This document shows positions 44,634-55,472 of a stretch of DNA of 64,000 nt, piece after piece. Within the stretch, counting starts at the first letter, position 1, and every line of letters starts with the position of its first letter. The DNA comes from an uncultured Rickettsiales bacterium (GTDB taxonomy: Bacteria > Pseudomonadota > Alphaproteobacteria > Rickettsiales > UBA1997): NCBI GenBank assembly GCA_944392135.1, contig CALXVQ010000003.1:8075-72074 (forward strand), read 5' to 3'. The notes under the pieces are model-generated. The model was not told where the DNA came from and did no database searches. It was given only the letters and a program-made list of their open reading frames with translations. A program made the position numbers and the translations under genes.

Positions 44634-47600
44634 TTATAAATTATTATCAGCTAACAATTTATATTTTTTCCATCGTCTTGTAATGTGATCTTTTAACATT
44701 TCAACGATTTCTTTTGCATGTTCTGGATTAGCTTTTTTAATATTGCTATATCTAGTTTCGCCATATAAATATGTTTCTAATAAGTCTAATTTAGGTTCTT
44801 TACTATCTATTTGTAAAGGATTTTTACCTTCTGCAATTAAACTTGGGTTATATCTATAAAGCATCCACATACCAGAATCCACACAATTCTTTTGTTGTGT
44901 AAAACTCTTTTCGAGGGCAACACCATGAGCGATACAAGAGCTATAACCAATGATTAAAGAAGGACCATCATAAGCTTCTGCTTCTTTGAAGGCTTTTAAA
45001 GCTTGATTTGGGTTAGCTCTAATTGCAACTTGTGCGACATAAACATTGCCATAACTCATCATAATTGCACCTAAGTCTTTCTTAAATGTATTTTTACCAT
45101 TTACAGCAAACTTAGCACTTGCACCTAAGTTAGTAGCTTTTGAAGCTTGGCCACCAGTGTTAGAATAAACTTCTGTATCCATTACTAATACTCTAATTTT
45201 CTTTCCACTAGCAAGTACATGATCTAAACCACCAAAGCCAATATCATAAGCCCAACCATCACCACCTACTATCCATACACTTCTTTCAAGCATTACATCA
45301 ATAATAGATGCTAAATGTTTAGCTTCGAATGAATTGTTTTTAGCTAAAATTTCTTTTGCTTTCTTTAAGTTAGCTATTTGAGTTTTAACACCAGCATCAG
45401 TGTTATTTCCATAATTATCCATTATAGCTTTAACTAAATCAGCACCAAGTACATCTTTTAATTTTTCCATTAAATCACTAGCTTCAACTAATTGAGTCTC
45501 TTGACTTAATTTGAAACCAAGTCCAAATTCTGCTGCATCTTCAAATAAAGAGTTAGACCAAGCTGGACCTCTGCCTTCTTTGTTCTTTCCATAAGGTGTT
45601 GTAGGTAAATTTCCACCATAAATAGAAGAACAACCTGTTGCATTAGCAATAACAGCTCTATCACCAACTAATTTTGTCAATAGTGATAAATGTGGAGTTT
45701 CACCACAACCAGCACAAGCACCTGAATATTTGAATAAAGAATCTTTAAATTGTAAATCTTTAATTGTCTTAGGATCTTCAACTTCTTTTCCTTCAAGAGT
45801 GTTAAAGAATTCTAAACATTCTTTTTCTTCTTTAATTACTTCTTGTTTTGGTTTCATTGATAAAGCACCAACAGGGCAAGCTAAAACACAAACTGAACAA
45901 CCAGTACAATCTTCTGGTGAAATTTGAATTTTGAATTTTTGTTCCCCTGTTTTATCTCCAACAACTGGAATTGCTTTAAAGCAAGAAGGAGCATTTTTTA
46001 ATTGATCTGCTGTAAATACTTTTGACTCTAAGCAAGAGTGTGGACAAGCAAATACACATTGACCGCATTGAATACATTTGCTTTCATCCCATACTGAAAC
46101 TTTATCAGCAACATCTCTTTTTTCATATTTTGTAGTATCTGTTGGGAAAGTTCCATCAAATGGCATTTGTGAAGTTGTAATTTCTTCACCTTTTCCTGCT
46201 ATTAATTTAGCTGTAAATTCTTGAACGAATTTAGGAGCATCTGTTCCAACTTTTTCTTCCATTTCAATTTTACTTGAAACAGTTTTTGGATAATTAACTT
46301 CAAATAAGTTTGCAATAGAACCATCAACAGCTTTAATATTATTATCAACAATTTCTTGTCCTTTTTTGCTATATGTTTTAATAATTGCATTTTTAATATC
46401 AGCAACTGCTTCTTCAAAAGGAATAACATTAGCAAGTTTAAAATAACAAGTTTGCATAATTGTGTTAATTCTGGTACCCATATGAGCTTCATCAGCAACT
46501 TTATAAGCATCTATTATATAGAATTTAACATGTTTATCAATTATGATTTGTTGAACTACTTGTGGTAATTGATCCCATACTTCATCTTTTGAGTAGTGAG
46601 TATTTAAAAGCAATGTACCACCATCTTTAATTCTTCCTAAAATATCAAGTTTAAATAAGAATGGGAATTGATGGCAACCAATAAAGTCAGCTTTTTGAAC
46701 TAAATATGTTGAATTAATTGGTTTAGGACCAAATCTTAAATGTGATTCTGTAACAGAACCTGATTTTTTAGAATCATAAACGAAATAAGCTTGTCCGTAG
46801 TATTCTTCTCTATCAGTAATGATTTTAATTGTGTTTTTGTTAGCACCAACTGTACCATCACTACCTAAACCGAAGAAAATTGATTCTTTAACATCTGGTA
46901 ATGAAATATTAAAATCACTAGAATAGTCTAAACTTAAATTTGTTAAATCATCTTTAATACCAACTGTAAATTCTTTTTTAGGTGTTGATGATTTTAAATT
47001 ATCATAAACAGCTTTTGCCATTGCAGGTGTAAATTCTTTTGAAGAAAGTCCATATCTACCTTTAATTACTTCAATATTTTCTTTTCCTTCTTCTTTTAAT
47101 CCTGCAACAACATCTAAGAATAATGGTTCGCCTTCACTTCCTGGTTCTTTTGTTCTGTCAAGAACTGCAATTTTTTTAACTGTTTTTGGTAATGCATTAA
47201 CTAAATGTTTAGCTGAGAAAGGTCTAAATAATCTAACTTGTAATACACCAACCTTTTCACCATTTTTATTTAATACTTCCATAGTTTCCTTTACAGCTTG
47301 AACTCCGGAACCCATCATAACTATAACGTTTTTAGCATCAGCTGGACCATAGTAGTCAAATAAGTGATATTGTCTTCCTGTTAATTTTGCAAATTCATCA
47401 AACTTAGCTTGAACTATTGAAGGTACATTATTATAATATTTATTTGTTGATTCTCTACCTTGGAAATATACATCAGGGTTTTGAGCTGTACCTCTCATAA
47501 CTGGGTCATCAGGTTTTAAAGCTCTATTTCTGCATTCTAAAATTGCATCTTCATTAATCATTGATTTAATGGTTTCATCATCAATTAATTCAATTTTATT

Positions 47601-48143
47601 GATTTCGTGTGATGTTCTAAAACCATCAAAAAAATTAATAAATGGAACTTTTGAATCAAGAGTTGATAAATGAGAAATTAAAGCACTATCATGAGCTTCT
47701 TGAACTGAACCACTAGATAACATAGCAAAACCAGTTTGTCTAACAGCCATAACATCTTGATGATCACCAAAAATTGATAAACCTTGTGCAGCTAATGCTC
47801 TAGCAGCAACATGAATAACACAAGGTGTCATTTCACCAGCTATTTTATACATATTAGGAATCATCAATAAAAGTCCTTGTGAACATGTAAATGTAGAAGC
47901 TAAACTACCTGTTTGTAAAGCACCATGTAAAGCACCAGCAGCACCAGCTTCGCTTTGCATTTCTGTAACACTAGGTTTTAACCCAAAAATATTTAATTCT
48001 CCACTTGCAGATAATTGGTCTGCTAATTCGCCCATTGGTGATGATGGTGTGATAGGATATATTGCAAACATATCACTCATCTTATAAGCAATTCTAGCAA
48101 CTGCTTCATTTCCATCAATAGGCTTTTTCTTAAAATTTGCCAT
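44634..48143 (-). CDS. nifJ: Pyruvate:ferredoxin (flavodoxin) oxidoreductase, single-chain
   Basis: 1169 aa with two ferredoxin CxxCxxCxxxCP motifs (CIQCGQCVFACPH, CTGCSVCVLACPV) and a TPP-binding GDGWAYDIGFGGLDH. Confidence 0.95.
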   Translation of the reverse strand: MANFKKKPIDGNEAVARIAYKMSDMFAIYPITPSSPMGELADQLSASGELNIFGLKPSVTEMQSEAGAAGALHGALQTGSLASTFTCSQGLLLMIPNMYKIAGEMTPCVIHVAARALAAQGLSIFGDHQDVMAVRQTGFAMLSSGSVQEAHDSALISHLSTLDSKVPFINFFDGFRTSHEINKIELIDDETIKSMINEDAILECRNRALKPDDPVMRGTAQNPDVYFQGRESTNKYYNNVPSIVQAKFDEFAKLTGRQYHLFDYYGPADAKNVIVMMGSGVQAVKETMEVLNKNGEKVGVLQVRLFRPFSAKHLVNALPKTVKKIAVLDRTKEPGSEGEPLFLDVVAGLKEEGKENIEVIKGRYGLSSKEFTPAMAKAVYDNLKSSTPKKEFTVGIKDDLTNLSLDYSSDFNISLPDVKESIFFGLGSDGTVGANKNTIKIITDREEYYGQAYFVYDSKKSGSVTESHLRFGPKPINSTYLVQKADFIGCHQFPFLFKLDILGRIKDGGTLLLNTHYSKDEVWDQLPQVVQQIIIDKHVKFYIIDAYKVADEAHMGTRINTIMQTCYFKLANVIPFEEAVADIKNAIIKTYSKKGQEIVDNNIKAVDGSIANLFEVNYPKTVSSKIEMEEKVGTDAPKFVQEFTAKLIAGKGEEITTSQMPFDGTFPTDTTKYEKRDVADKVSVWDESKCIQCGQCVFACPHSCLESKVFTADQLKNAPSCFKAIPVVGDKTGEQKFKIQISPEDCTGCSVCVLACPVGALSMKPKQEVIKEEKECLEFFNTLEGKEVEDPKTIKDLQFKDSLFKYSGACAGCGETPHLSLLTKLVGDRAVIANATGCSSIYGGNLPTTPYGKNKEGRGPAWSNSLFEDAAEFGLGFKLSQETQLVEASDLMEKLKDVLGADLVKAIMDNYGNNTDAGVKTQIANLKKAKEILAKNNSFEAKHLASIIDVMLERSVWIVGGDGWAYDIGFGGLDHVLASGKKIRVLVMDTEVYSNTGGQASKATNLGASAKFAVNGKNTFKKDLGAIMMSYGNVYVAQVAIRANPNQALKAFKEAEAYDGPSLIIGYSSCIAHGVALEKSFTQQKNCVDSGMWMLYRYNPSLIAEGKNPLQIDSKEPKLDLLETYLYGETRYSNIKKANPEHAKEIVEMLKDHITRRWKKYKLLADNNL

Positions 48144-48279
48144 TTTATAAGATAATTGTTAAAACACTAAAATTGTAAAATTTAATAATAAATAATCAAG
48201 TTTTTTTCTAAAAATGATAATTAGATTATATGATTTTGAGTATCATTTTCATATAGTTAAAAATTTTATAAGAATAATA

Positions 48280-48882
48280 TTAAAGATATTTAGTATTAAT
48301 AGAATATTCTTTATCATTAAAAATAATAAAGTCTTCAATATCAATATTTTTAAATTTTTGTCTAATTTTATTTATAGTATTTTCAAAAACTTTTGTTTCT
48401 AATTCTTCGCAATAACCCCATACATAATTTAAAATATCTTCCTTATTTGCAGAAATATTTTTGTAAAGATATTTAATAATTTCAAATTCTTTATTTCCTA
48501 ATGTTTCTTCTCTATCTTGACAATAAATTATACCATCAACAATTTTAAAGTCTTTGAATTTTAATATTTTATCATCATTTAATAATATTTTTTTAATATT
48601 ATTTAATAAATCTTTTAAGTAAAAAGGTTGTTTTATATTAATAATATCATTATTATCAATATTTTTATTAGAAATGTTAATAATTGATTGTGGTATAATT
48701 ATATTTTCTATTTCCTTATATTTTTTGAAATCATCAATAATAACTAAATTATATTTTATCTTTTTATCAAAATTTTCATCATATACATTAACAATACAAT
48801 CACTGAATATTTTTTTTACATATTCAATGATTGTATTATCTTCTGTTATTAATAATATATTTTTATTATTATTTTGCATCAT
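48280..48882 (-). CDS. OmpR/PhoB-type winged-helix regulator with an atypical receiver-like N-domain
   Basis: The C-terminus LGNKEFEIIKYLYKNISANKEDILNYVWGY...TKVFENTINKIRQKF fits the trans_reg_C pattern. The N-domain is receiver-sized but the acidic pocket is not clear. The start is moved to ATG 48882 (MMQNNNKNILLI...). Confidence 0.5.
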   Translation of the reverse strand: MMQNNNKNILLITEDNTIIEYVKKIFSDCIVNVYDENFDKKIKYNLVIIDDFKKYKEIENIIIPQSIINISNKNIDNNDIINIKQPFYLKDLLNNIKKILLNDDKILKFKDFKIVDGIIYCQDREETLGNKEFEIIKYLYKNISANKEDILNYVWGYCEELETKVFENTINKIRQKFKNIDIEDFIIFNDKEYSINTKYL

Positions 48883-50173
48883 AAACAGTTTTAATATTAG
48901 CACCACAATTATTTAATTTATCAGCTAAAAATTCATAACCTCTTTCTAAATGATAAATTCTGCTAACTTCTGTTTCTCCACTAGCACATAAACCAGCTAA
49001 AACCAATGATACAGAAGCTCTTAAATCGCTAGCCATAACTTGTGCACATTTAAAAGTATTTTCTTTTCCAGAAATTAAAGCTTTATTCCCAGATATAACA
49101 ATATTTGCATTCATCCTGTTTAATTCAGGAACATGCATAAATCTATTTTCAAATACAGTTTCATCTATACTTGATTCTCCATCAATCATAGCTAATAAAG
49201 TCATCATTTGAGCTTGCATATCAGTAGGGAAACCAGGGTAAACATCTGTAATAACATCTATTGGTTTTAATTTCTCTTTACCTCTTTTTATTCTAATAGT
49301 TTTATCATCTATTTTTTGAATATCAGCACCTATTGTTTCTAATTTTCCAATTAGATTTTCAACAGTATTATAAAAATCTAAACCAGTAATTGTTAAATCA
49401 CCATCTGTCATAACTGCACCAATCATATAAGAAGCTGCTTCAATTCTATCTCCCATAATCTTGAAATCTGCCGAATGTAATTCTTCCACACCTTCAATTT
49501 CAATAGTAGATGTACCGGCACCTTTAATTTTAGCACCCATAGCTATTAGACATTTAGCTAAATCTACATTTTCAGGTTCTCTTGCTGCATTATGAATTAT
49601 TGTGGTACCTTCTGCTAAACAAGCTGCCATCATAATATTTTGAGTGGCACCAACAGATGCTTTCCTTAATGTAATTTCAGCACCTTGTAATTTTCCATTT
49701 TTTGTAGTTGCTTTTACATAACCATTTTCAATTTTAATATCAACTCCCATTTCTTCAAAAGCTGATAAATGAATATCCACAGGTCTAGAACCAATAGCAC
49801 AGCCACCAGGTAATGAAACTTCTGCTTTACCGAATCTTGCTAATAATGGACCTAAAACTATAAATGATGCTCTCATTTTAGAAACTATTTCATATGGGGC
49901 TATATAGCTATTTAATTTACTAGCATCAAATTCAATAACTTTACCTTCATCTTTATTGGATTGATCGCCATCTAATGCGACTTTTACACCAAGATGATTT
50001 AACAAATGAATTAATGTAGTAATATCTACAAGATTTGGAATATTTCTAAGTTTAAGTGTATCTTTACACAATAGACTAGAAATTATTATAGGCAGGGCCG
50101 CATTTTTAGCGCCGGACACCTTGATATTGCCGACTAATTTAGTCTTTCCTTGAACTAAAATTTTTTTCATCAT
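48869..50173 (-). CDS. murA: UDP-N-acetylglucosamine 1-carboxyvinyltransferase
   Basis: ATG 50173 is preceded by GGGGAGAAAG. MMKKILVQGKTKLVGNIKVSGAKNAALPII... is the canonical MurA N-terminus. The tracked start adds 20 hydrophobic residues. Confidence 0.95.
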   Translation of the reverse strand: MMKKILVQGKTKLVGNIKVSGAKNAALPIIISSLLCKDTLKLRNIPNLVDITTLIHLLNHLGVKVALDGDQSNKDEGKVIEFDASKLNSYIAPYEIVSKMRASFIVLGPLLARFGKAEVSLPGGCAIGSRPVDIHLSAFEEMGVDIKIENGYVKATTKNGKLQGAEITLRKASVGATQNIMMAACLAEGTTIIHNAAREPENVDLAKCLIAMGAKIKGAGTSTIEIEGVEELHSADFKIMGDRIEAASYMIGAVMTDGDLTITGLDFYNTVENLIGKLETIGADIQKIDDKTIRIKRGKEKLKPIDVITDVYPGFPTDMQAQMMTLLAMIDGESSIDETVFENRFMHVPELNRMNANIVISGNKALISGKENTFKCAQVMASDLRASVSLVLAGLCASGETEVSRIYHLERGYEFLADKLNNCGANIKTVYDAK

Positions 50174-50243
50174 TAGGACTTTCTCCCCTATTAACACTAA
50201 CGACATAATAAAATAAACAATTAATATTTTCAAGAAAAAATAC

Positions 50244-50272
50244 TTGACTAATTAATATTTTTTTTGTATAAT
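50244..50272 (+). promoter_or_regulatory. Consensus sigma-70 promoter of rpoH
   Basis: TTGACT (50244-50249), N17, TATAAT (50267-50272). Confidence 0.55.
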
Positions 50273-50316
50273 GTAGTTTGGTGTTTTTATTTTTATTAAC
50301 AACCATTAATGTATAT

Positions 50317-51177
50317 ATGACTACTCAAAATCTTACTCCTGTTATTACTGGTAACAATTTATTTCAATATATTAGTGAAGTAAATAAAATTCCTGTATTG
50401 ACAGACGAGGAGGAAATATATTATGCGAAAGAAAAAGATGCTGGAAACATTAATGCTGCCAAAATGCTTATTTCTAGTCATCTTAGATTAGTTGTAAAAA
50501 TAGCCAGCCAATACAAAAATTATGGTCTTCCTATGATGGACTTAATTTCCGAAGGAAATATTGGTTTAATGAGAGCTGTAAAAACATTTGATTATACAAA
50601 AGGCTATAAATTAGCTACATATTCAATGTGGTGGATTAAAGCTTTCATACAAGAGTATATTTTAAAAACTTGGTCTATTGTAAAGATTGGCACCAATGCT
50701 ATTCAAAAGAAATTATTTTTTAATCTTAAAAAAATAAAAAATGAATTATTAACATCGAAAAGTAGAAAATTTTTAACAAATGACGATATAGCACATATAT
50801 CCAATATGCTAAATGTATCAGAAAAAGATATTATTGAAATGGATTCTAGAACCGCAAAAGGTGATATTTATTTAAATACAAAAACAAATGAAGATGATGA
50901 TACAGAAATTATTGACTTATTACCTTCTAATCAGGCATTGCAAGATAGTGTTGTTGATAGAAGAAGGGAAAATAAGAAAAAAACAGCATTATTATCTTCT
51001 GCTTTAAATATTTTAAATGAAAGAGAAAAAGAAATTATTAAACTTAGAAGATTAACCGACAAGCCATTAACATTAGCTGAAATCAGTAAAAAATATAATA
51101 TTTCTGGTGAAAGAGCTAGACAAATTGAAGCAAAAGCCATTGAAAAAATGCAGAATTATGTTTTAGAGAATAAATAA
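50317..51177 (+). CDS. rpoH: RNA polymerase sigma-32 heat-shock factor
   Basis: Sigma-70 regions 2-4 are present, plus an RpoH-box-like QKKLFFNLKKIK. Starts at ATG 50317 (MTTQNLTPV...). Confidence 0.85.
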   Translation: MTTQNLTPVITGNNLFQYISEVNKIPVLTDEEEIYYAKEKDAGNINAAKMLISSHLRLVVKIASQYKNYGLPMMDLISEGNIGLMRAVKTFDYTKGYKLATYSMWWIKAFIQEYILKTWSIVKIGTNAIQKKLFFNLKKIKNELLTSKSRKFLTNDDIAHISNMLNVSEKDIIEMDSRTAKGDIYLNTKTNEDDDTEIIDLLPSNQALQDSVVDRRRENKKKTALLSSALNILNEREKEIIKLRRLTDKPLTLAEISKKYNISGERARQIEAKAIEKMQNYVLENK

Positions 51178-51180
51178 TTT

Positions 51181-51208
51181 AAAGTGTAGCATCAAGCTAC
51201 ACTTTTAC
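51181..51208 (+). terminator. Terminator after rpoH
   Basis: AAAGTGTAGC-ATCAA-GCTACACTTT followed by T. Confidence 0.5.
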
Positions 51209-51234
51209 TTAATGTAATATTAATATAAGATAAA

Positions 51235-51905
51235 TCTTTGGTTCTCGCAATAATAATGTGGATTATTACCTTCCTTTGTAAGGTTGCGCCAAAACTATTT
51301 CTTTACCTCCCTTTGTAAGGGGGGAAGCGACGAAGTCGCAGGGGGGTTGAGTATTGTGGTGAGTATGATTATTATATGATTATGAATAATATAATATGTG
51401 TGTATTTGTTGCTATAATGAGATTACCACAGGCCTTTGGTTCGTGTAATGATGATGTGTGAGTACTGTCATTGCGAACGAAGTGAAGCAATCCATAAACC
51501 ACTGCTCTTTTATTCTTTTACAGAAAAATAAAAGAATTTGTTATTAATAAAAAACACAAAAATCAAAAAGAAAAAGAATTCACAAGTCTTTGCCCTCTTC
51601 GTCATTGCGAGGAGTGAAACGACGAAGCAATCCACAAACCACTATTTTTTTATTCATTCACAGAAAAGAAAAAAGAAATCACTATTATTTATCAAATTAA
51701 AGAATTAATTTTCAATTTTCAATTTTCAATTTCTTATGGATTGCCACGAGTTCTACGAACTCTCGCAATGACGATGCTTTATCGTATCCTAGTATTCCAT
51801 CCCGGTGTCTCATGCAAAGATTGCTATGGGTTTTTCAAGCTCTCGCAATGACGAGCCAAGAATAAACGAGATTATCACATACTTTTCCAAGTCATCGCAA
51901 TGTCG
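51235..51905. repeat. Cluster B of the same composite palindromic repeat family, mostly inverted relative to cluster A
   Basis: GTCATTGCGA...GAAGCAATCC cores lie at about 51465, 51610, 51740 and 51825. The CCTCCCTTTGTAAGGGGGGAAG...CAGGGGGGTTGAG module lies at about 51307. An AATTTTC heptamer tract is at 51707-51733. The segment 51480-51733 reads as the reverse complement of the cluster A unit. Confidence 0.8.
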
Positions 51906-52228
51906 GTTTCTATAATTACAATAACAGTTTCTATGATTTTAATGATAATTTAAAGAAAAATAAAATTTTCATACATTATAAATTTATATAATAATATAAA
52001 ATAGTATTTACTAAGAAATAGAATAAATATTAACAAAATACATTTATAACTATTTGTTAGATATTTAGTATAAATAATACTTAAATAAATTTTGTACTGA
52101 ATATGATTTATTATATTTTGTAATAAATAATTTTTCTAAAACAATATTAATTATAAAAAAAAGTAGGATTTTTATCCTACTTTATGTGAATCATTAAAAT
52201 ATACTAATCTTAATTATTTATTTGATAA

Positions 52229-52462
52229 TTAGCTGTTTTGAGAAATATAGTCAACAGCTTTTCCAACTGTTGTAATTTTTTCTGCTGCTTCATCAGGAAT
52301 TTCAATTCCAAATTCTTCTTCAAAAGCCATAACTAATTCAACTTGGTCTAAACTGTCAGCACCAAGATCATCAATAAAGCTAGCTTCTGTAACAACCTTA
52401 TCTTCTTCAACACCTAAGTGATCAACGATAATTTTTTTAACTTTTTCAAAAACTTCTGTCAT
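52229..52462 (-). CDS. acpP: Acyl carrier protein
   Basis: 77 aa with the DLGADSLD phosphopantetheine attachment site. Confidence 0.95.
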   Translation of the reverse strand: MTEVFEKVKKIIVDHLGVEEDKVVTEASFIDDLGADSLDQVELVMAFEEEFGIEIPDEAAEKITTVGKAVDYISQNS

Positions 52463-52694
52463 AATTTTTTTATTTAATTAGTAATTTATAAAAACATTTT
52501 ATAAATATATTTTTTAAATATCAAGCTTTTTCTTAACTGCTATTTAATCATTATTTTTCAATAAATAACAAAATATAATATAAAATATTTTTAAAAAAAC
52601 ATTTTTTTAATTAATAAAAAAACTTATTTGTTTATTGATTATAAAAAAAAATAATCTATATTTTCTAATGTATAATTTTAAAATAGGAAAATTA

Positions 52695-54101
52695 ATGAAA
52701 AAATTAAAAAATTTAATTATTTCTGGTGTGGAGTGTTTACCTATTGTGGAGGGTGGTAAAGGCATTGGAATGTCTAATTACAATACATCTGGAAATTTTG
52801 CAAAATGTGGATGTGTTGGTACTATATCTGGCGTTAATCCTGATATTGTTGATGAAAATGGTGATATCATAGAAATGGATATTAAATCTAAAAATAGAAT
52901 TGATAGACATATGGAAATGATACAACATTCTATTAAAGCTATAATTTCTCAAGCTAAAAGAGCAAAAGATATTGCTGGCGAAAATGGAAGAATTCATTTG
53001 AATGTTCTATGGGAAATGGGCGGTACAGAACAAATATTAAATGAAAGCTTAGATAAAGTAAAAGGCCTTATTAATGGTGTTGTTTGTGGTGCTGGTATGC
53101 CTTATAAATTAGCTGAAATATGCGCTAAATATAAAGTATATTATTACCCAATAGTATCTTCAATGAGAGCATTTAGAGCTTTATGGCTTAGAAGTTTTAA
53201 AAAAACAAAAGAGTGGCTTGGTGGTGTTGTTTATGAGTGCCCTTGGAGAGCAGGGGGACACAATGGCTTAACTAATGCTGAGGATCCATTTGTTCCACAA
53301 GATCCTTACAACAGAGTTAGAGATTTAAGAATTTTTATGAATGGAGTTGGTTTACAAGATGTTCCAATTATAGTTGCAGGTGGTGTTTGGAATCTAGAAG
53401 AATATGAAGATTGGATAGATAACCCAGAACTCGGTCCTATTGCATTTCAGTTTGGAACAAGACCTATGCTTACAAAAGAAACTCCTATTTCCGATTATTG
53501 GAAAAATGCTTTATTAAATTTAAAAGAAGGGGATGTAAAGACTAATCATTTTAGTCCAACAGGTTTTTATTCATCCGCTATAAATAACGAATTCTTACAA
53601 AGTTTATATGATAGATTAACCAGAGAAATACCATATAAAATTGTTGCCGATGAGACTTTTAATACAGAAATTGTATGTGGCAAAACGAATAAACATTATT
53701 TTATTGAAGAAAAAGAAAAAGCTAATGTTGAAAAATGGCTTAAAGCTGGCTATACAGAAGCTCTTAGAACTCCTGATGAAACAATTGTTTTTGTTACACA
53801 AGAGACAGAAAGAGAAATTCATACCGATATGAAAAATTGTATAGGTTGTTTAAGTTGTTGTCATTTTAGTTCATGGAGTCAATACTTTCCAGAGCAGGGT
53901 TATACTTGTGGTGCAACTCCTGATCCTAGAACTTTCTGTATTCAAAAAGCTTTACAATATGCTAAAAAAGGCATATATAATGATAAGGCTTTATTATTTG
54001 CAGGAAGTAATGCTTATAGATTTGCTACTGACCCATTTTATAAAGATGGTTTTATTCCTACAATTAAACAATTAGTTGATAGAATATTAACTGGAAAATA
54101 A
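52695..54101 (+). CDS. Nitronate monooxygenase/FabK-like TIM-barrel flavin oxidoreductase with a Cys-rich C-terminal extension
   Basis: ATG 52695 follows AGGAAA. The PIVEGGKGIGMS and VVCGAGMP...IIVAGGV patterns resemble the NMO/FabK family. The C-terminus has CIGCLSCCHFSSW. The assignment is tentative. Confidence 0.45.
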   Translation: MKKLKNLIISGVECLPIVEGGKGIGMSNYNTSGNFAKCGCVGTISGVNPDIVDENGDIIEMDIKSKNRIDRHMEMIQHSIKAIISQAKRAKDIAGENGRIHLNVLWEMGGTEQILNESLDKVKGLINGVVCGAGMPYKLAEICAKYKVYYYPIVSSMRAFRALWLRSFKKTKEWLGGVVYECPWRAGGHNGLTNAEDPFVPQDPYNRVRDLRIFMNGVGLQDVPIIVAGGVWNLEEYEDWIDNPELGPIAFQFGTRPMLTKETPISDYWKNALLNLKEGDVKTNHFSPTGFYSSAINNEFLQSLYDRLTREIPYKIVADETFNTEIVCGKTNKHYFIEEKEKANVEKWLKAGYTEALRTPDETIVFVTQETEREIHTDMKNCIGCLSCCHFSSWSQYFPEQGYTCGATPDPRTFCIQKALQYAKKGIYNDKALLFAGSNAYRFATDPFYKDGFIPTIKQLVDRILTGK

Positions 54102-54346
54102 TTATAAAAGTAAAATATTGGGCTTTGGAGGCCATTGTAATTTATTTCTCGAAAGAGTTTTTTATTCAATTACTAGCCCAATATTTTGCTAACTACTAAA
54201 AGTTGATAGCAATAATTATACTAAATTTAAAATTGTAAAAGTCAATAGCTTTTTTACAATATTTGCCTTATTTTTATATAAAAAAGTTATTGCAATCAAA
54301 ATATTTTACTTGTAAACTCACAGTGTTGAAACAACCACTATAAACT

Positions 54347-55372
54347 ATGGACAAAAATCTAGTATTGGAAAAATTAGAAAAAGCTGGCCTTTTTGGAAAA
54401 GGTGGAGCTGCTTATCCTACATTTAAAAAATGGCAAGGTGTTAGTGAGGCCGAAGGAGACTTAAAATATATTATTGTAAATTCTTCCGAAGGTGAAATGG
54501 GACTTTTTAAAGATTTATACATATGGAGAAATCATATGGATAAAGTATTTAAAGGTATAGATTATGGAATTAAATTTTTAAATTGTAATGTTGAAGTATA
54601 CATTCATATTAATCAAGACTATTTAAATGAATTACAACCACAACTTTTTAAATATATAAACGATTATAAATGGAGTGGAATTAAATTTCATATTAGTATT
54701 GAAAATCCATGTTATATTGGTGGTGAAGCAAGTGCTTTAATGAATATTATTGAAACAGGTGTAGCACAACCTAGACCTAGAACAAAAAGAACGGTTGTTG
54801 CTGGTTTATTTGAAAAGCCTACAATGATGAATAATGTTGAAACATTTTATGACATTGCTAGAATTTTAGATGATGAATATGATAATTGTAGATTTTCTGG
54901 TATATTTGGTGATGGTATTGAAAAGAAATTTGTTGCAAGACATAAAATTGATGCAAGTATTGCTGATATTTTAAAAGAAAATAATATTGAGCCTAATTTT
55001 GATTATTATGTGCAAATAGGTGGCAGTGCTAGTGGTCCTGTATATGATAAAGAACAATTAAATGATATTATTATGACAGGTGCTGGTAGTATTGAAATTT
55101 TTGATAAGTCAAAAAGAAACTTTTTAGTTTTCTTAAAAAGATTAGGTGCATTTTATCAAAAAGAAGCTTGTGGAAAATGCATGGGAAAAACCTTTGCTAC
55201 AAAATTAAATGAAATTATACAAAATTATAATAATGTTGAAGATATTAATGTTGAAGAATTATTACCACATATTAATGATATGAATAAAAAAACATTTTGT
55301 AAATTATGTAAAAGTTTTAAAGCTCCATTTATTACATATTGCAATAATATATTAAAAATGAATATTGAATAA
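54347..55372 (+). CDS. NuoF/RnfC-like flavoprotein (NADH dehydrogenase 51-kDa-subunit-like), stand-alone
   Basis: GLFGKGGAAYPTFKKW (compare GRGGAGFPTG.KW), VNSSEGEMGLFKD, IGGEASALMNIIETGVAQPRPR, NNVETF. No other nuo genes are adjacent. Confidence 0.55.
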   Translation: MDKNLVLEKLEKAGLFGKGGAAYPTFKKWQGVSEAEGDLKYIIVNSSEGEMGLFKDLYIWRNHMDKVFKGIDYGIKFLNCNVEVYIHINQDYLNELQPQLFKYINDYKWSGIKFHISIENPCYIGGEASALMNIIETGVAQPRPRTKRTVVAGLFEKPTMMNNVETFYDIARILDDEYDNCRFSGIFGDGIEKKFVARHKIDASIADILKENNIEPNFDYYVQIGGSASGPVYDKEQLNDIIMTGAGSIEIFDKSKRNFLVFLKRLGAFYQKEACGKCMGKTFATKLNEIIQNYNNVEDINVEELLPHINDMNKKTFCKLCKSFKAPFITYCNNILKMNIE

Positions 55373-55472
55373 AATTATAAAAAATTCATTTTTATTCATT
55401 TTTTTGTTGTTTATTTTAAATCTTGTTATATTTTATTAACAGGTTAGTTTTTAATTTATATTGTGTAGAGAT

